Position numbers and translations under genes: made by a program. A DNA stretch of 64,000 nt from Armatimonadota bacterium (GTDB lineage: Bacteria; Armatimonadota; Zipacnadia; Zipacnadales; UBA5352): contig JAYENL010000256.1 of the NCBI GenBank assembly GCA_034722055.1, positions 744-64,743 on the forward strand, given 5' to 3'. Positions within the stretch are counted from its first letter, which is position 1. Every line of letters starts with the position of its first letter. This document shows positions 35,964 to 44,923 of this stretch, piece by piece. The notes below the pieces were generated by a model that made no database searches, was not told the origin of the DNA, and was given only the letters and a program-made list of their open reading frames with translations.

Positions 35964-37478
35964 CTATTCGCTGGATGCGGGATACACGGGCCCACTGCCG
36001 ACCTCGTGCCTGTCGTCCTCTATCACCTCGAAGTCGAGCAGTCGGCCTATCAGCCGCACCTGCTCCCTGAAATCGCCGAGGGTGCCGCTGCGATGTACGC
36101 CGTAGACGTCGGGATAGAGATGGCGCTGCACCCTGGCGGCATCCTCAAGCTCGACCACCAGCTTGCTGCGGCACATTATGTTGGTCCAGTCCTCGTAGAG
36201 CGAGTATCCGTCCACGGTCTCGCCGGTGTGAACCAGGATAGAGCGGGTGGGCACATCGATCCGCCAGACGGTGGCGGGCTCGCCCGGTGGGAAGAGGACC
36301 TCCGAACATGCGCCCGCGCCGGGCTTGCAGTGCTCCTTGACGTACCGTTCCGCGTGGTCCCTGATGACATAGGGGACCTTCTCGCTGCCTCCCCACGGAT
36401 TCCACGGCGCTCCGCAGTGCATTGTGATCCCCACCCCGTTGCCCACATCCACCATGAAGTCGCCCATCATCGACGGACGACCGAAGGCGTATTGGGCCAG
36501 CATGTGGGTCAGCACCACGTTGATGTGTCCCTGGCAGCAGCCGACCACCCCCTCCATCTGAAGCTGCGAGTTCCCCAGACTGGGCCATATCATCTCCTCC
36601 GGCTCCGGGTCTACGGTCAGGGACCTGATGTGCGTGGCGCTGGCAGTGGCACCGTACTTGTCCATGAGGCCCTTGATCGCCAGATACATCCTGGCGGAGT
36701 TCACAACCTCCCGCTCGATGGTCCCCCGAACCTCCTCAGCGTCGGCCATCCACGACTGCGCGATCTCGCGGGCCTGCTCCTCGTCGAGGTTCTGCACCTC
36801 TTCGCTGGAGGCCACCTCTTCGGTCCCTATCTTCGTGATCTCGGTCCCCAGGACGTCACGGACCTCCTGCTTTATGATCTCGTTGAACTCCCCAGCAGGC
36901 TTCTGCCGAACGTCACCGGGATAGCTGGTGTCCAGGTCACCGCGATGTACATCGTCATCGACGAAGGGTCTGTTCGTTACCAGCAGGATATGCGATCTCT
37001 TCATCCTCGCCAGCGCGTCGAGAAGCCCTATCTTCTCCACCAGGTCGTCGAAGAGGGCCTCCCGCTGAGCCGGCTTGCAGAGATTGCCCCTGTCACACGT
37101 TGCCCCAATCACGCCCCCGGTTTCCTCGAAAAGCCAGAATGGCAGGTGAGAGAACTCCGGGAAGTTGTAGACCGCTATCGTGGGCAGGCCGGTGAGCACG
37201 GGCCTGTAGTCATTGAGGCCACCGACGACCAGCGCTCCGTCGAAGTCCTCCCTGCGGGCCTGCAGCTCATCGACTACTGCCTCAAGGGTGGTCCCGGGCT
37301 TGGATACATCCCTGACGACGAACTCGATATCGGGGCATCGCTCCTGTACCTGCCGCAGCAGGTCGTCGTTCGTCGTGGCCGTCAGAGTCTCAGACTCGAA
37401 GTGTTGAACGCCCGCGTCAGTGAACACCGTGTAGAGCTTCGTCTGCTGTTGCTCCATGGTCAGCTCTCCCTTTCCCAC
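35964..37478 (-). CDS. L-fucose/L-arabinose isomerase-like protein, paralog 2 (divergent active-site block)
   Basis: Same architecture as 34677-35957. The equivalent block reads 'NSQLQMEGVVGCCQGHINVVLTHMLA' (EGD replaced by QGH). 'ITMHCGAPWNPWG' His block. It lies 6 nt upstream of paralog 1. Confidence 0.7.
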   Translation of the reverse strand: MGKGELTMEQQQTKLYTVFTDAGVQHFESETLTATTNDDLLRQVQERCPDIEFVVRDVSKPGTTLEAVVDELQARREDFDGALVVGGLNDYRPVLTGLPTIAVYNFPEFSHLPFWLFEETGGVIGATCDRGNLCKPAQREALFDDLVEKIGLLDALARMKRSHILLVTNRPFVDDDVHRGDLDTSYPGDVRQKPAGEFNEIIKQEVRDVLGTEITKIGTEEVASSEEVQNLDEEQAREIAQSWMADAEEVRGTIEREVVNSARMYLAIKGLMDKYGATASATHIRSLTVDPEPEEMIWPSLGNSQLQMEGVVGCCQGHINVVLTHMLAQYAFGRPSMMGDFMVDVGNGVGITMHCGAPWNPWGGSEKVPYVIRDHAERYVKEHCKPGAGACSEVLFPPGEPATVWRIDVPTRSILVHTGETVDGYSLYEDWTNIMCRSKLVVELEDAARVQRHLYPDVYGVHRSGTLGDFREQVRLIGRLLDFEVIEDDRHEVGSGPVYPASSE

Positions 37479-37564
37479 AGGGCGTCAGTCCGGCCTGTGG
37501 GCGGCCATCCTCGCCGCCCGCAGGAACTGTCGCAGTGCCTTTCAGCGGCCGACCACACCGAACG

Positions 37565-38997
37565 TCACCGGTCCTTCTCGACCACCTCGTAGCCCATCAG
37601 CGTGGCCAGGTCCTTGAAGCGCTGGCGGTGGTCGCCGTAGAAGGCCACCCTGTGATTGCCGAAGGTGCGCCAGTCGAGGTTATCGAGAAGCTTCCTGGCA
37701 TCGGTATCGACGGCCAGCTTCGTTCGGCACAGGATGTCGTACCAGCCGGGGAACAGCTTCTCGCCGTCCACGGTCTCCCCGCCGAACAGCGACAGCTTTC
37801 TGTCGTGAACGCTGGCCTTGGCGACCGTCACGGTCTCTCCGGCGGGGAGGAAGACCTGTGCCGATGCCCGCCCTTCTCCTGCTCGTCCACGGGCCACTGA
37901 GGCAGGTTGCGTATGGCGTAGGGCACGCGCCGCTCGTCGCCGTAGGGGTTGAAGGGGCACTCGCAGTGGCCGATGTAGGCCTTGTCATTGTCCTCGTCCA
38001 CGATGTAGTCACCGTTGAAGCCCGCGCTGTCGGTGACGAACAGGCCAAGGTGCTGGGTAATCAGCGAGTCCACCAGTGTTTCCGAGGTGGCGACGACGCC
38101 CTCCGTGCAGAGCTGCGAGGAGGGCATGCCCTGGGACGGAATCGGGCCATCCTCGTAGCGCATGAACACCCCGTAGCCCTCGGTGGTTATGGCGTCGGCG
38201 TGGTACTCGTCGAGCATCTCCTTCATCGCCAGATACAGCTTGGCCGAATCGCGTATCTGAGCCTCGTTCGTGCCCTTGATGCCGGCCGCCTCTGCCATCC
38301 AGGCACTGGCGACCTCGCCCGCGTCCCCTTCGTCAGCCGCCTCCATCCTCGAGACCATCTCGTCCTGCGGACGCGCCACGGCCTCGACGCCCAGCTCCGC
38401 CAAGTTCGCGAGGTATCGCTCCTGGTAGGCATCCCAGCCTTCCGCCTCCAACTGCAGCGCCGTGGGCTCGTACTGCCCCAGGACGGGCTTGTCGGTCACG
38501 ATCAGCACCGTCAGGCCGTTCATTCTCGCCACCGCCTGCAGCACGCGGACGTGCTCTGCAATCCGGTCGAGCCGTGACGAGAACACCGCCTCTGGGGCGT
38601 CCGCGATGACGGGCAGACTGGCGGTCAGCACTCTGTGCCCGGCGTAGGCGTCGTAGGGATACTGCCACTGACCCCACAGCGGATGGACCGCGATGGTGGG
38701 CAGGTCCATCTCCAGCAGACCACCGGGCAGATCCCCGAAGTAGAGCACACCATCCACGTTCTCCGCGTCTCGCTGCACGTTCGCCAGCGTCCTCGGAGCC
38801 TCTTCAACATCAGTCTGTCCGACGAACTCCACGCCCTCGCATCGCTGTTGTATCGCGCCCAACATCTCGTCGTTGGTGAGCACGTGCTGATCCGGATGAT
38901 GCAGAGGGTACGGCTGCGTGCTCCCGAACAGCCCACTGGATGAGAACGCCACGTAGATCCTGACGTCTCGAGCTACGGGTGTCGCACTTGCGGCCAT
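37565..38997 (-). pseudogene. L-fucose/L-arabinose isomerase-like protein, paralog 3, frame-disrupted near 37867-37869
   Basis: ORF 37828-38997 (ATG 38997, GAGGAGGG upstream) ends in nonsense ('...EQEKGGHRHRSSSPPERP*'). ORF 37565-37960, in another frame, encodes 'AQVFLPAGETVTV...GETVDGEKLFPGWYDILCRTKLAVD...FGNHRVAFYGDHRQRFKDLATLMGYEVVEKDR'. This is colinear with the C-terminus of paralog 2 ('EVLFPPGEPATVW...GETVDGYSLYEDWTNIMCRSKLVVE...YGVHRSGTLGDFREQVRLIGRLLDFEVIEDD'). Adding one G to the GGG run restores a single frame. Confidence 0.65.
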
Positions 38998-39122
38998 CGG
39001 TCGCCCTCCTCATTGAGCCTCTTGTCGCGAGTACGGCTCATCATCAGGGCGCTGCGCCTATGCACCTGCGCCCGGGTCGTTTTGAACCCTTAAGGTGTTT
39101 CACACCCCACGCGAACGGCTCT

Positions 39123-39142
39123 GTCGGGCAAGGATGCCCGAC
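39123..39142 (-). terminator. 8-bp stem-loop (GTCGGGCA-AGGA-TGCCCGAC) nested inside an outer GTTTCAC...GTGAAAC inverted repeat (39097-39161)
   Basis: Read directly. It lies about 85 nt downstream of the permease stop (39227) on the minus strand and upstream of the paralog-3 start. Confidence 0.3.
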
Positions 39143-39226
39143 CTGCCCGGGGTCGTGAAACGAGCTCTGGCGTGGTGACGTGAACCTGTTCGTGCACGGT
39201 CACCTCACGGATGTGGCGGCACGCCG

Positions 39227-40381
39227 CTACATGCCAAGGGCATAGAAGAGCACTCCCACCACCAGCGCCGGCACCGTGGTAGTGATGGTCAAGCGCAGCG
39301 CAACGCGGGGACTCATGGCGATGATGGGAAAGAGCGCGTCTCCGTCCTGGCTCAGTGTGTGGGCCACCAGGGCCGAGAAGGGAATAACGCCCTCGGTGTA
39401 GAGCGTGACTATGACGATCTGCGGTCCGCACCCGGGGATGAGGCCGATGCATGCCGTGGCCACCACCGGCAGCACGCCGGCCTGTGCCACGAGCGCCTGC
39501 AGGTCGAGCTGCGTGAAATGCATGAAGAGCGCATAGGCGGCATAGGCCACAAACACCCAGAACGTGACGAACGCAGTCTCGTGCGCGTCGTGGATGAACG
39601 TCTCCTTCAGTGATGCGACCTTCTCCTCCAACTCAGCGTGCGTATCGGCGGCCACGGTGTGACACCCTGCGATGAGCCACACCACCGAGAGAGCCAGGCC
39701 CGTCAGGCCCACCACGCGATTGAGGTCGAAGCCCAGCCACTGGCCCACATCCCTCTGTGCCAACAGGATGACGCCCAGGGCAAAGCCCACCGCGCAGACC
39801 ACCCAGTAGACGACGTATCCCCTGTGGGTGATCTCGTAGCCCACAGTCCCCGGAACCTCATGCCCCTCCGGGTGCAGCGCCTCATCAATCCTGTCCCCCG
39901 GGGTGTGACCCAGGTGGGGCCACTGGCCATGGCTTGACGGGCCGCTACCGGCAGCTCCAGCTTCCTCAGGCTCGACCAGTCCGGCTCCGATTCCGAAAGC
40001 GTCGATGATGTAGCCCGCCAGAATGCCTACGACAAGAGAGATGACGTGGATGGAGACCGCCTGCAGGGGCATCTTCGAGATGATCACGAATGAGGAATCG
40101 CCCATGGTCGCAATCAACGTCGCGACTACCGTGCCATAGCTGATCGTCCCCCTCAGGTAGAGCGGCATCACGAAGATGGCGCCACCACAGCCCGGCGACG
40201 CCCCTAAGGCAGCTCCCATCGGGACCTGGAAGCGCTCGTACCTCCTGATGGCATCTATCAACCCTCCGGCGGCCCTGTAATTCAAGTAGCCGAAGAACAA
40301 TAGCATGGCCCCGACAAAGACACCAACTTGGAGGAAAGAGCCTTCGGCTGACTCCAGGAGGAGCCGGGCGACATCGCTCAT
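39227..40381 (-). CDS. 10-TM permease with duplicated P-G-C-G motifs (DUF2899 / ArsP_2-like putative metal or metalloid transporter)
   Basis: Polytopic membrane protein with a two-fold internal repeat. Each half carries 'SPGCGGAIFVMPLY' / 'LIPGCGPQIVIVTLY' and 'DSSFVII' / 'DGDALFPII'. The family assignment is from memory of the PGCG signature and is unverified. Confidence 0.55.
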   Translation of the reverse strand: MSDVARLLLESAEGSFLQVGVFVGAMLLFFGYLNYRAAGGLIDAIRRYERFQVPMGAALGASPGCGGAIFVMPLYLRGTISYGTVVATLIATMGDSSFVIISKMPLQAVSIHVISLVVGILAGYIIDAFGIGAGLVEPEEAGAAGSGPSSHGQWPHLGHTPGDRIDEALHPEGHEVPGTVGYEITHRGYVVYWVVCAVGFALGVILLAQRDVGQWLGFDLNRVVGLTGLALSVVWLIAGCHTVAADTHAELEEKVASLKETFIHDAHETAFVTFWVFVAYAAYALFMHFTQLDLQALVAQAGVLPVVATACIGLIPGCGPQIVIVTLYTEGVIPFSALVAHTLSQDGDALFPIIAMSPRVALRLTITTTVPALVVGVLFYALGM

Positions 40382-40479
40382 GCTTGGGCATACCCGCTGT
40401 CTTCGCGATCAGCTCGCAATCTCACAGCGGTGGCGAGCATGGTCATCGGGAGGTGCTCATCGCCACCCAGCCGGCGTCA

Positions 40480-42093
40480 TCAGAAGTACATGTTCTCGGC
40501 GACCAGGAAGTCGAACTCCGGCTCGAGCTCATTGGGCTTGACATGCTCGATCCCGGCGGCGCACTGCTCGGCCTCGCGCCGGATCTGCTGCGACAGCAGC
40601 ATCTCCGCGGCCCCGGCCAGCGCGGCGTTGCCGATCTTGGCGACGCGATCGGGGAGGTCGGGCAACAGCCCGATGGCGATGGCGTTGTCCACGTTGATGT
40701 AGTTCCCGAACGCTCCGGCGAGGTAGATCGTGTCGATGTCCTCCAGCTCAATGCCGTAGTACTCGATCAGCAGGTCCTGGTCGGTCCTCAGGCCGGCCTT
40801 GGCGGTGATGAGCTGGTAGACGTCCTGCTGCGTGAGGCGAATGGAGTCGGTGAGGTGGAAGTCACCGCTGAGCTTGGCCTTCTTGGTCATGATGCCGGCG
40901 GCGAGCACCTCGCCAAGCAGGTCGATGAGGCCGGAGCCGCAGATGCCGACGGGCGGCTCATCACCGATGGTCTCGTAGTGGACCTCACCGTCGCGGATGA
41001 CGATGTTGCTGATGGCACCGGCAATGGCGCCGACACCGCTGCCCACCGTGGCGCCCTCATAGGCGCCGCCGGCGGCGCAGGAGGCGGTCATGATGTGTTC
41101 GGCGTTGCCCACGGCCACCTCCCCGTTCGTGCCGATGTCGATGACCATGCAGGGCCTCTCTGCCCGGTGCATGCGAGCGGCGATGATGTCGGCGAGGCAA
41201 TCGGCTCCAGCATGCCCCCCGATCAGAGCCGGGCCGTAGACGTTGGCGTGGGGGTTGACTGCAAGTCCCAACGCGGCGGCCTCGACGTTGACCGGCTCCG
41301 TGGTGGGCGGCTCGAAGGGGATGACCCCCAGCGTCTGCACGTCCAGCCCCAGGAAGAGATTGCGCATGGTGGGGTTGCCGACGGCCACGACCTCATAGAT
41401 CCGCTCGGCGGCTATCCCGTCCCGGTCGGCGAACTCCTGGAGTATCTCGTTGATGGTTGAGATGACCGTCGTCTGCAGCTCCTGCAGGCCGCCGTCGTGG
41501 CGCATGGTATGGTCGATACGGGAGATAACGTCGTCGCCGTAGGCGCTCTGCGGGTTCTTGCGCGCGACCGTGGCCAGCGCCTCACCGCTCTCGAGGTCGA
41601 GCACCTGGCAGACCAGCGTGGTGGTGCCGACGTCTACGGCCAGGCCGCGTATACATCGCTCGTAGGCGCCCAGACTCCGCTTGCCGCCCTCGCCACTCCA
41701 GACCACGGTATCACCCACTCGCCGCACAGCCGGGTCAAGCTGCAGCTTGTGCCGGACGGTGTCGCTGAGGATGGTGTACTCGCCCGCACTTACCACATAC
41801 ACGTACAGGTCAGCCGGCCGCACCACCCTGGCCTGGCAGGCCAATCGCTCACTCTCGCCGAGGTCGAAGCTGTTCTCGGCCGCCGTCGGGGGCGAGAGCG
41901 CATCAGCGCCGCGCTCGACCCTCACAACGCACTTGCCACAGGTCCCCCGGCCACCGCACTGGACATCGACATCAATTGCTATCCCGAGCTTGCGCGCATG
42001 GTCGAGGATCGTGCCGTCGAAGAGCTCGATCCCCGTTCGGCCTCTGCGGTACTGGGGGAAATACATCCGGTGGTCAGCGTACTGTTCGCTCAT
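40480..42093 (-). CDS. RACo-like corrinoid activation/regeneration protein: N-terminal plant-type 2Fe-2S ferredoxin + ASKHA ATPase (DUF4445) domain
   Basis: 'VQCGGRGTCGKCVVRV...RLACQARV' (2Fe-2S Cys pattern). ASKHA phosphate-1 'GLAVDVGTTTLVCQVLDLESGE'. 'MVIDIGTNGEVAVG'. 'AGAISNIVI'. 'ICGSGLIDLLGEVL'. 'IYLAGAFGNYI'. This is the typical architecture of reductive activators of corrinoid proteins. Confidence 0.8.
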   Translation of the reverse strand: MSEQYADHRMYFPQYRRGRTGIELFDGTILDHARKLGIAIDVDVQCGGRGTCGKCVVRVERGADALSPPTAAENSFDLGESERLACQARVVRPADLYVYVVSAGEYTILSDTVRHKLQLDPAVRRVGDTVVWSGEGGKRSLGAYERCIRGLAVDVGTTTLVCQVLDLESGEALATVARKNPQSAYGDDVISRIDHTMRHDGGLQELQTTVISTINEILQEFADRDGIAAERIYEVVAVGNPTMRNLFLGLDVQTLGVIPFEPPTTEPVNVEAAALGLAVNPHANVYGPALIGGHAGADCLADIIAARMHRAERPCMVIDIGTNGEVAVGNAEHIMTASCAAGGAYEGATVGSGVGAIAGAISNIVIRDGEVHYETIGDEPPVGICGSGLIDLLGEVLAAGIMTKKAKLSGDFHLTDSIRLTQQDVYQLITAKAGLRTDQDLLIEYYGIELEDIDTIYLAGAFGNYINVDNAIAIGLLPDLPDRVAKIGNAALAGAAEMLLSQQIRREAEQCAAGIEHVKPNELEPEFDFLVAENMYF

Positions 42094-42184
42094 TCAAGCC
42101 ACCTCAGGATGGGTCCACGTGTGGTTGTGCGTTGGAGATTGCCCGGGCGGCACGCCAGGACCGCCGAGCGCAACGGCGGGCCGC

Positions 42185-43330
42185 TCAGTACTGCCCGTAC
42201 TCGCGGACCAGCTCCAGAACGTGCTCGTACCTGTTGAAGCTGACGTCGTTGGGGACGGAATGATCGGAGTGGTAGATGTATCCGCCGCCCTGCATGGCAG
42301 CGGGTATCTTGGAGCGTATCTCCTCCTCGGTCACCGTCGGATCTGGATCGGCCATCGTGCGGACGTCAATGCCGCCCATGAAGGCCAGGTCGTCGCCGAA
42401 TGCGCCTGCCAACTCCACCAGGTCCATACCCGCCTTCTGTTCCAGAGGCTGCAGGCAGTCCAGGCCATCCTCGATGAAGCGCGGGATCAGCTCCGTGACA
42501 CATCCGCAGCTATGCAGGATGACGGGCAGGCCCTCGTCGTGGAAGTAGTCCACCAGGCGCCGGAAGGTCGGGCGGAGCTGCTCGTCGTAGTGCTGCGGGG
42601 AGAAGAGCAGGCCGTTGCGGTATCCAAGATCGCAGAGGATGAAGGCCCCATCGAAGCTGAAGCCGCCGTCGGTCATGATCTCGTACATCTGGATGCTGAG
42701 TGTCGCGTCGGTCTCGTACATGTCTACGACCCACTCGGGGTCGGTGACTATGGCCGTCAGAAGCTCCTCCGAGGCGACATATGACTGCATGCGGTCATAG
42801 CCGAAGGGCGCCGCGTAGACGATGAACCGGTCCTGATCGCGGGCCTTGCGCCAGCCCGGGAGGCCCATGCGACGCTCCGTCCGTCCGGTCTCCAGCGTGG
42901 ATTCGTTTCCGCGCTCATCCTCGGCCGTGCCGGCGAGCCACTGGCCGTCCCAGTCCACGCGGTCGCGGCTGGGGGTGAAGCGCTCTTTGATCCGCTCCCA
43001 GTCGTCGCGGCTCTTGCAGGGCCAGTCGATGATCTCCGGCGTCGATGAGTAGTCCTTATGGTCGCGGCGGAGGCCGCCGAAGGGCGTCGTCCGGACGATG
43101 TACTCCTCGTCCTCCTCGACGACCTTCACCGGCAGGCGCGGGGAGGTGTCAGCACCGAAGGCCACCATCTCGTAGTTGAAGTACTCGGCCGGATTCACTT
43201 CCACTGGGAGCCCCTCGTCATGCCATCGCTCAACAGTGGATACCCACGGGCTGTCGTGGATGGGTACGCGATCCGGCTCCTCGTGCCGCAACGCCATCAA
43301 CATGCGCTCGCGCGCCGTCATCTGCCTCAC
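42185..43330 (-). CDS. Uroporphyrinogen decarboxylase (URO-D) family protein (MtaA/CmuA-like), paralog of 11123-12178
   Basis: 'MTARERMLMALRHEEPDRVPIHDSPW' N-terminus. 'ILHSCGCVTELIPRFIEDGLDCLQPLEQKAGMD' barrel segment. It lies 91 nt upstream of the RACo-like gene on the same strand. Confidence 0.8.
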   Translation of the reverse strand: MRQMTARERMLMALRHEEPDRVPIHDSPWVSTVERWHDEGLPVEVNPAEYFNYEMVAFGADTSPRLPVKVVEEDEEYIVRTTPFGGLRRDHKDYSSTPEIIDWPCKSRDDWERIKERFTPSRDRVDWDGQWLAGTAEDERGNESTLETGRTERRMGLPGWRKARDQDRFIVYAAPFGYDRMQSYVASEELLTAIVTDPEWVVDMYETDATLSIQMYEIMTDGGFSFDGAFILCDLGYRNGLLFSPQHYDEQLRPTFRRLVDYFHDEGLPVILHSCGCVTELIPRFIEDGLDCLQPLEQKAGMDLVELAGAFGDDLAFMGGIDVRTMADPDPTVTEEEIRSKIPAAMQGGGYIYHSDHSVPNDVSFNRYEHVLELVREYGQY

Positions 43331-43678
43331 CGTCCCTTCTGAGGTAGGATGCGTATGCGCTCACAGGCCCCACCTGGCCGTAACAGGGGCGCGAACCCCC
43401 TGCGCGCGGCAGTGAGAGCAGCACGGGCAGGCAAGATCTGAAGCGGTGTGCCGGTGCTCTCAATTGAAACCACCATGGCCGGGGGAGGGGCCGCCTGAGG
43501 GCGCTCCGCAGGAGCGCACGAAGTCGGCCCGCAGAATGGACGGGCCGGCTTCGGCTCCGCCAAACCACGCCGGAGCCTCAGACGGCCCCTCCACAGCACC
43601 ACCTGCATTCCCACAATCTGCTCCGCGGCCCCCGCGCTGGGCACACGAATCTCCATGCTGCCAGGCGGGCAAGCGCGC

Positions 43679-43707
43679 TTGACAGAACCCGGTGCGGTGA
43701 ATAGCAT
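43679..43707 (+). promoter_or_regulatory. Candidate sigma-70 promoter (TTGACA-17 nt-TAGCAT) followed by an AT-rich partially palindromic segment, upstream of the ArsR-family gene
   Basis: A perfect -35 hexamer at 43679-43684 and a 4/6 -10 at 43702-43707, in a locally AT-rich divergent intergenic region. 'ATGTGCATGTATTCGCATATGACTATAG' follows and could be an ArsR operator. Sequence inspection only. Confidence 0.25.
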
Positions 43708-43836
43708 AAACTATGTGCATGTATTCGCATATGACTATAGCACGCGCCGGAGCATTGTCAAGTGGCGCGTGCCTGAGGCGGATGGGGGGCATTGTGCCGT
43801 CAGGAGTCTGAGGTGGCTCCAAGGGGTCCTGATAAG

Positions 43837-44136
43837 ATGAAGCAGGCGATTGACGACTACGGGGACCTGGCCGATCTGTTCAAGGCATTGGGACATCCGG
43901 CGAGATTGAGGATCCTCGCGAAGACAATCGACCAGGAGTTCTGCGTGCAGGACCTGGGTGAGCACCTCGGTCGCAGCCAGCCGAACGTCTCCCAGCATCT
44001 GGCCGTGCTTCGTGAGCGGGGGCTTGTCATAGCCGAACGGAAGGGAAAAAGGGTCTGTTACCGGCCGGCTGATGCCCGGATTGCTGAGCTGATCCAGATG
44101 GCAGCAGAGACCCTCGACGAACTGCGGGCCGGTTGA
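43837..44136 (+). CDS. ArsR/SmtB-family metalloregulatory transcriptional repressor
   Basis: Winged-helix core 'LFKALGHPARLRILAKTIDQEFCVQDLGEHLGRSQPNVSQHLAVLRERGLVIAERKGKRVCYR'. ATG at 43837 is preferred over the TTG at 43792. Confidence 0.85.
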   Translation: MKQAIDDYGDLADLFKALGHPARLRILAKTIDQEFCVQDLGEHLGRSQPNVSQHLAVLRERGLVIAERKGKRVCYRPADARIAELIQMAAETLDELRAG

Positions 44137-44181
44137 GGCGTACTGAAAGCGAACCCACTCAACGAAAGCGGAGGTACTCCG

Positions 44182-44583
44182 ATGGAGCTGCTTGTTGCCT
44201 TCAGCACGGATGACGGTGAGGAACTGAAGCAGGACGATCACGCAGGGATGGCGACGTACTTCGCCGTCTACAGGTTCCACGACGGTGAGGCGGAGTTCGT
44301 CGAGCGCCGCGAGAACTCCAAGTTTGTCGGCGATGAAAGCATGCGGCACGGCGACCCCAAGAAGGCCAGGAAGTCCCTCAGCGCTCTGGAGGGCGTGGAC
44401 GTGTGGGCCAGCCCCCGCTTCGGGCCGAACCTCCCCCGGCTGCTGAAGAAGCTCCTGTGCGTGGTCGTGCGGGCGGACACGGTGCAGGAGGGCGTCGAGC
44501 TTATCCAGAACAATCTCGACGCCGTGGCTGAGGAGTGCGCGAGGGGGGAGGAGAGGAAGCACCTCGTGCTCCAGCCGGAGTAG
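44182..44583 (+). CDS. NifX/NifB-C-terminal-like protein (dinitrogenase iron-molybdenum cofactor family, PF02579-like)
   Basis: GGAGG lies 7 nt before the ATG at 44182. 'LVAFSTDDGEELKQDDHAGMATYFAVYRFHDGEAEFVERREN' matches the family's beta-alpha-beta start (HFGxA..F.vy). Size of 133 aa. Confidence 0.65.
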   Translation: MELLVAFSTDDGEELKQDDHAGMATYFAVYRFHDGEAEFVERRENSKFVGDESMRHGDPKKARKSLSALEGVDVWASPRFGPNLPRLLKKLLCVVVRADTVQEGVELIQNNLDAVAEECARGEERKHLVLQPE

Positions 44584-44611
44584 CTGGTGAGGTCGGATGC
44601 CACTGCCGCGA
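44524..44611 (+). repeat. Direct repeat copy 1 (NifX-like 3' end + stop + decayed methyltransferase start)
   Basis: Manual alignment with 45889-45977 gives about 8 substitutions and 1 indel over about 88 nt. Weaker similarity extends about 35 nt further upstream. Confidence 0.8.
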
Positions 44612-44923
44612 TCCTCAAGACCCGACGACACTCTACCATGGCGAGGCGCCTGATCACCACCATCGGCGGCGTGCTCTGCGTCCACGATCCGCAGGACCGC
44701 TTCTACCACTTCTTGCTGACTGGCAGGAATCCGTCGAAGCTTGCGCGGCATCGCCGGTCACCTGGCCCCAACCACGCCCAACGGATAGACGAAAACGGCG
44801 CCCCCGCGCGACTTAACAGGTAGATTGGGCGTCAGGAGGTCCAATCGGCCAGCGCGACGGAACAGTGCTGGCAACGCACCCCCACGCGGGGGCTACTGAG
44901 AAGCCATGGTGGAGGGACTGACG

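Noticed and set aside
39097-39161. A nested inverted repeat (GTTTCAC...GTCGGGCA-AGGA-TGCCCGAC...GTGAAAC) as a riboswitch or mobile-element end.
   Set aside because: It is a single occurrence in the window with no matching second end and no recognisable riboswitch core. It is kept only as a low-confidence terminator or structured spacer.
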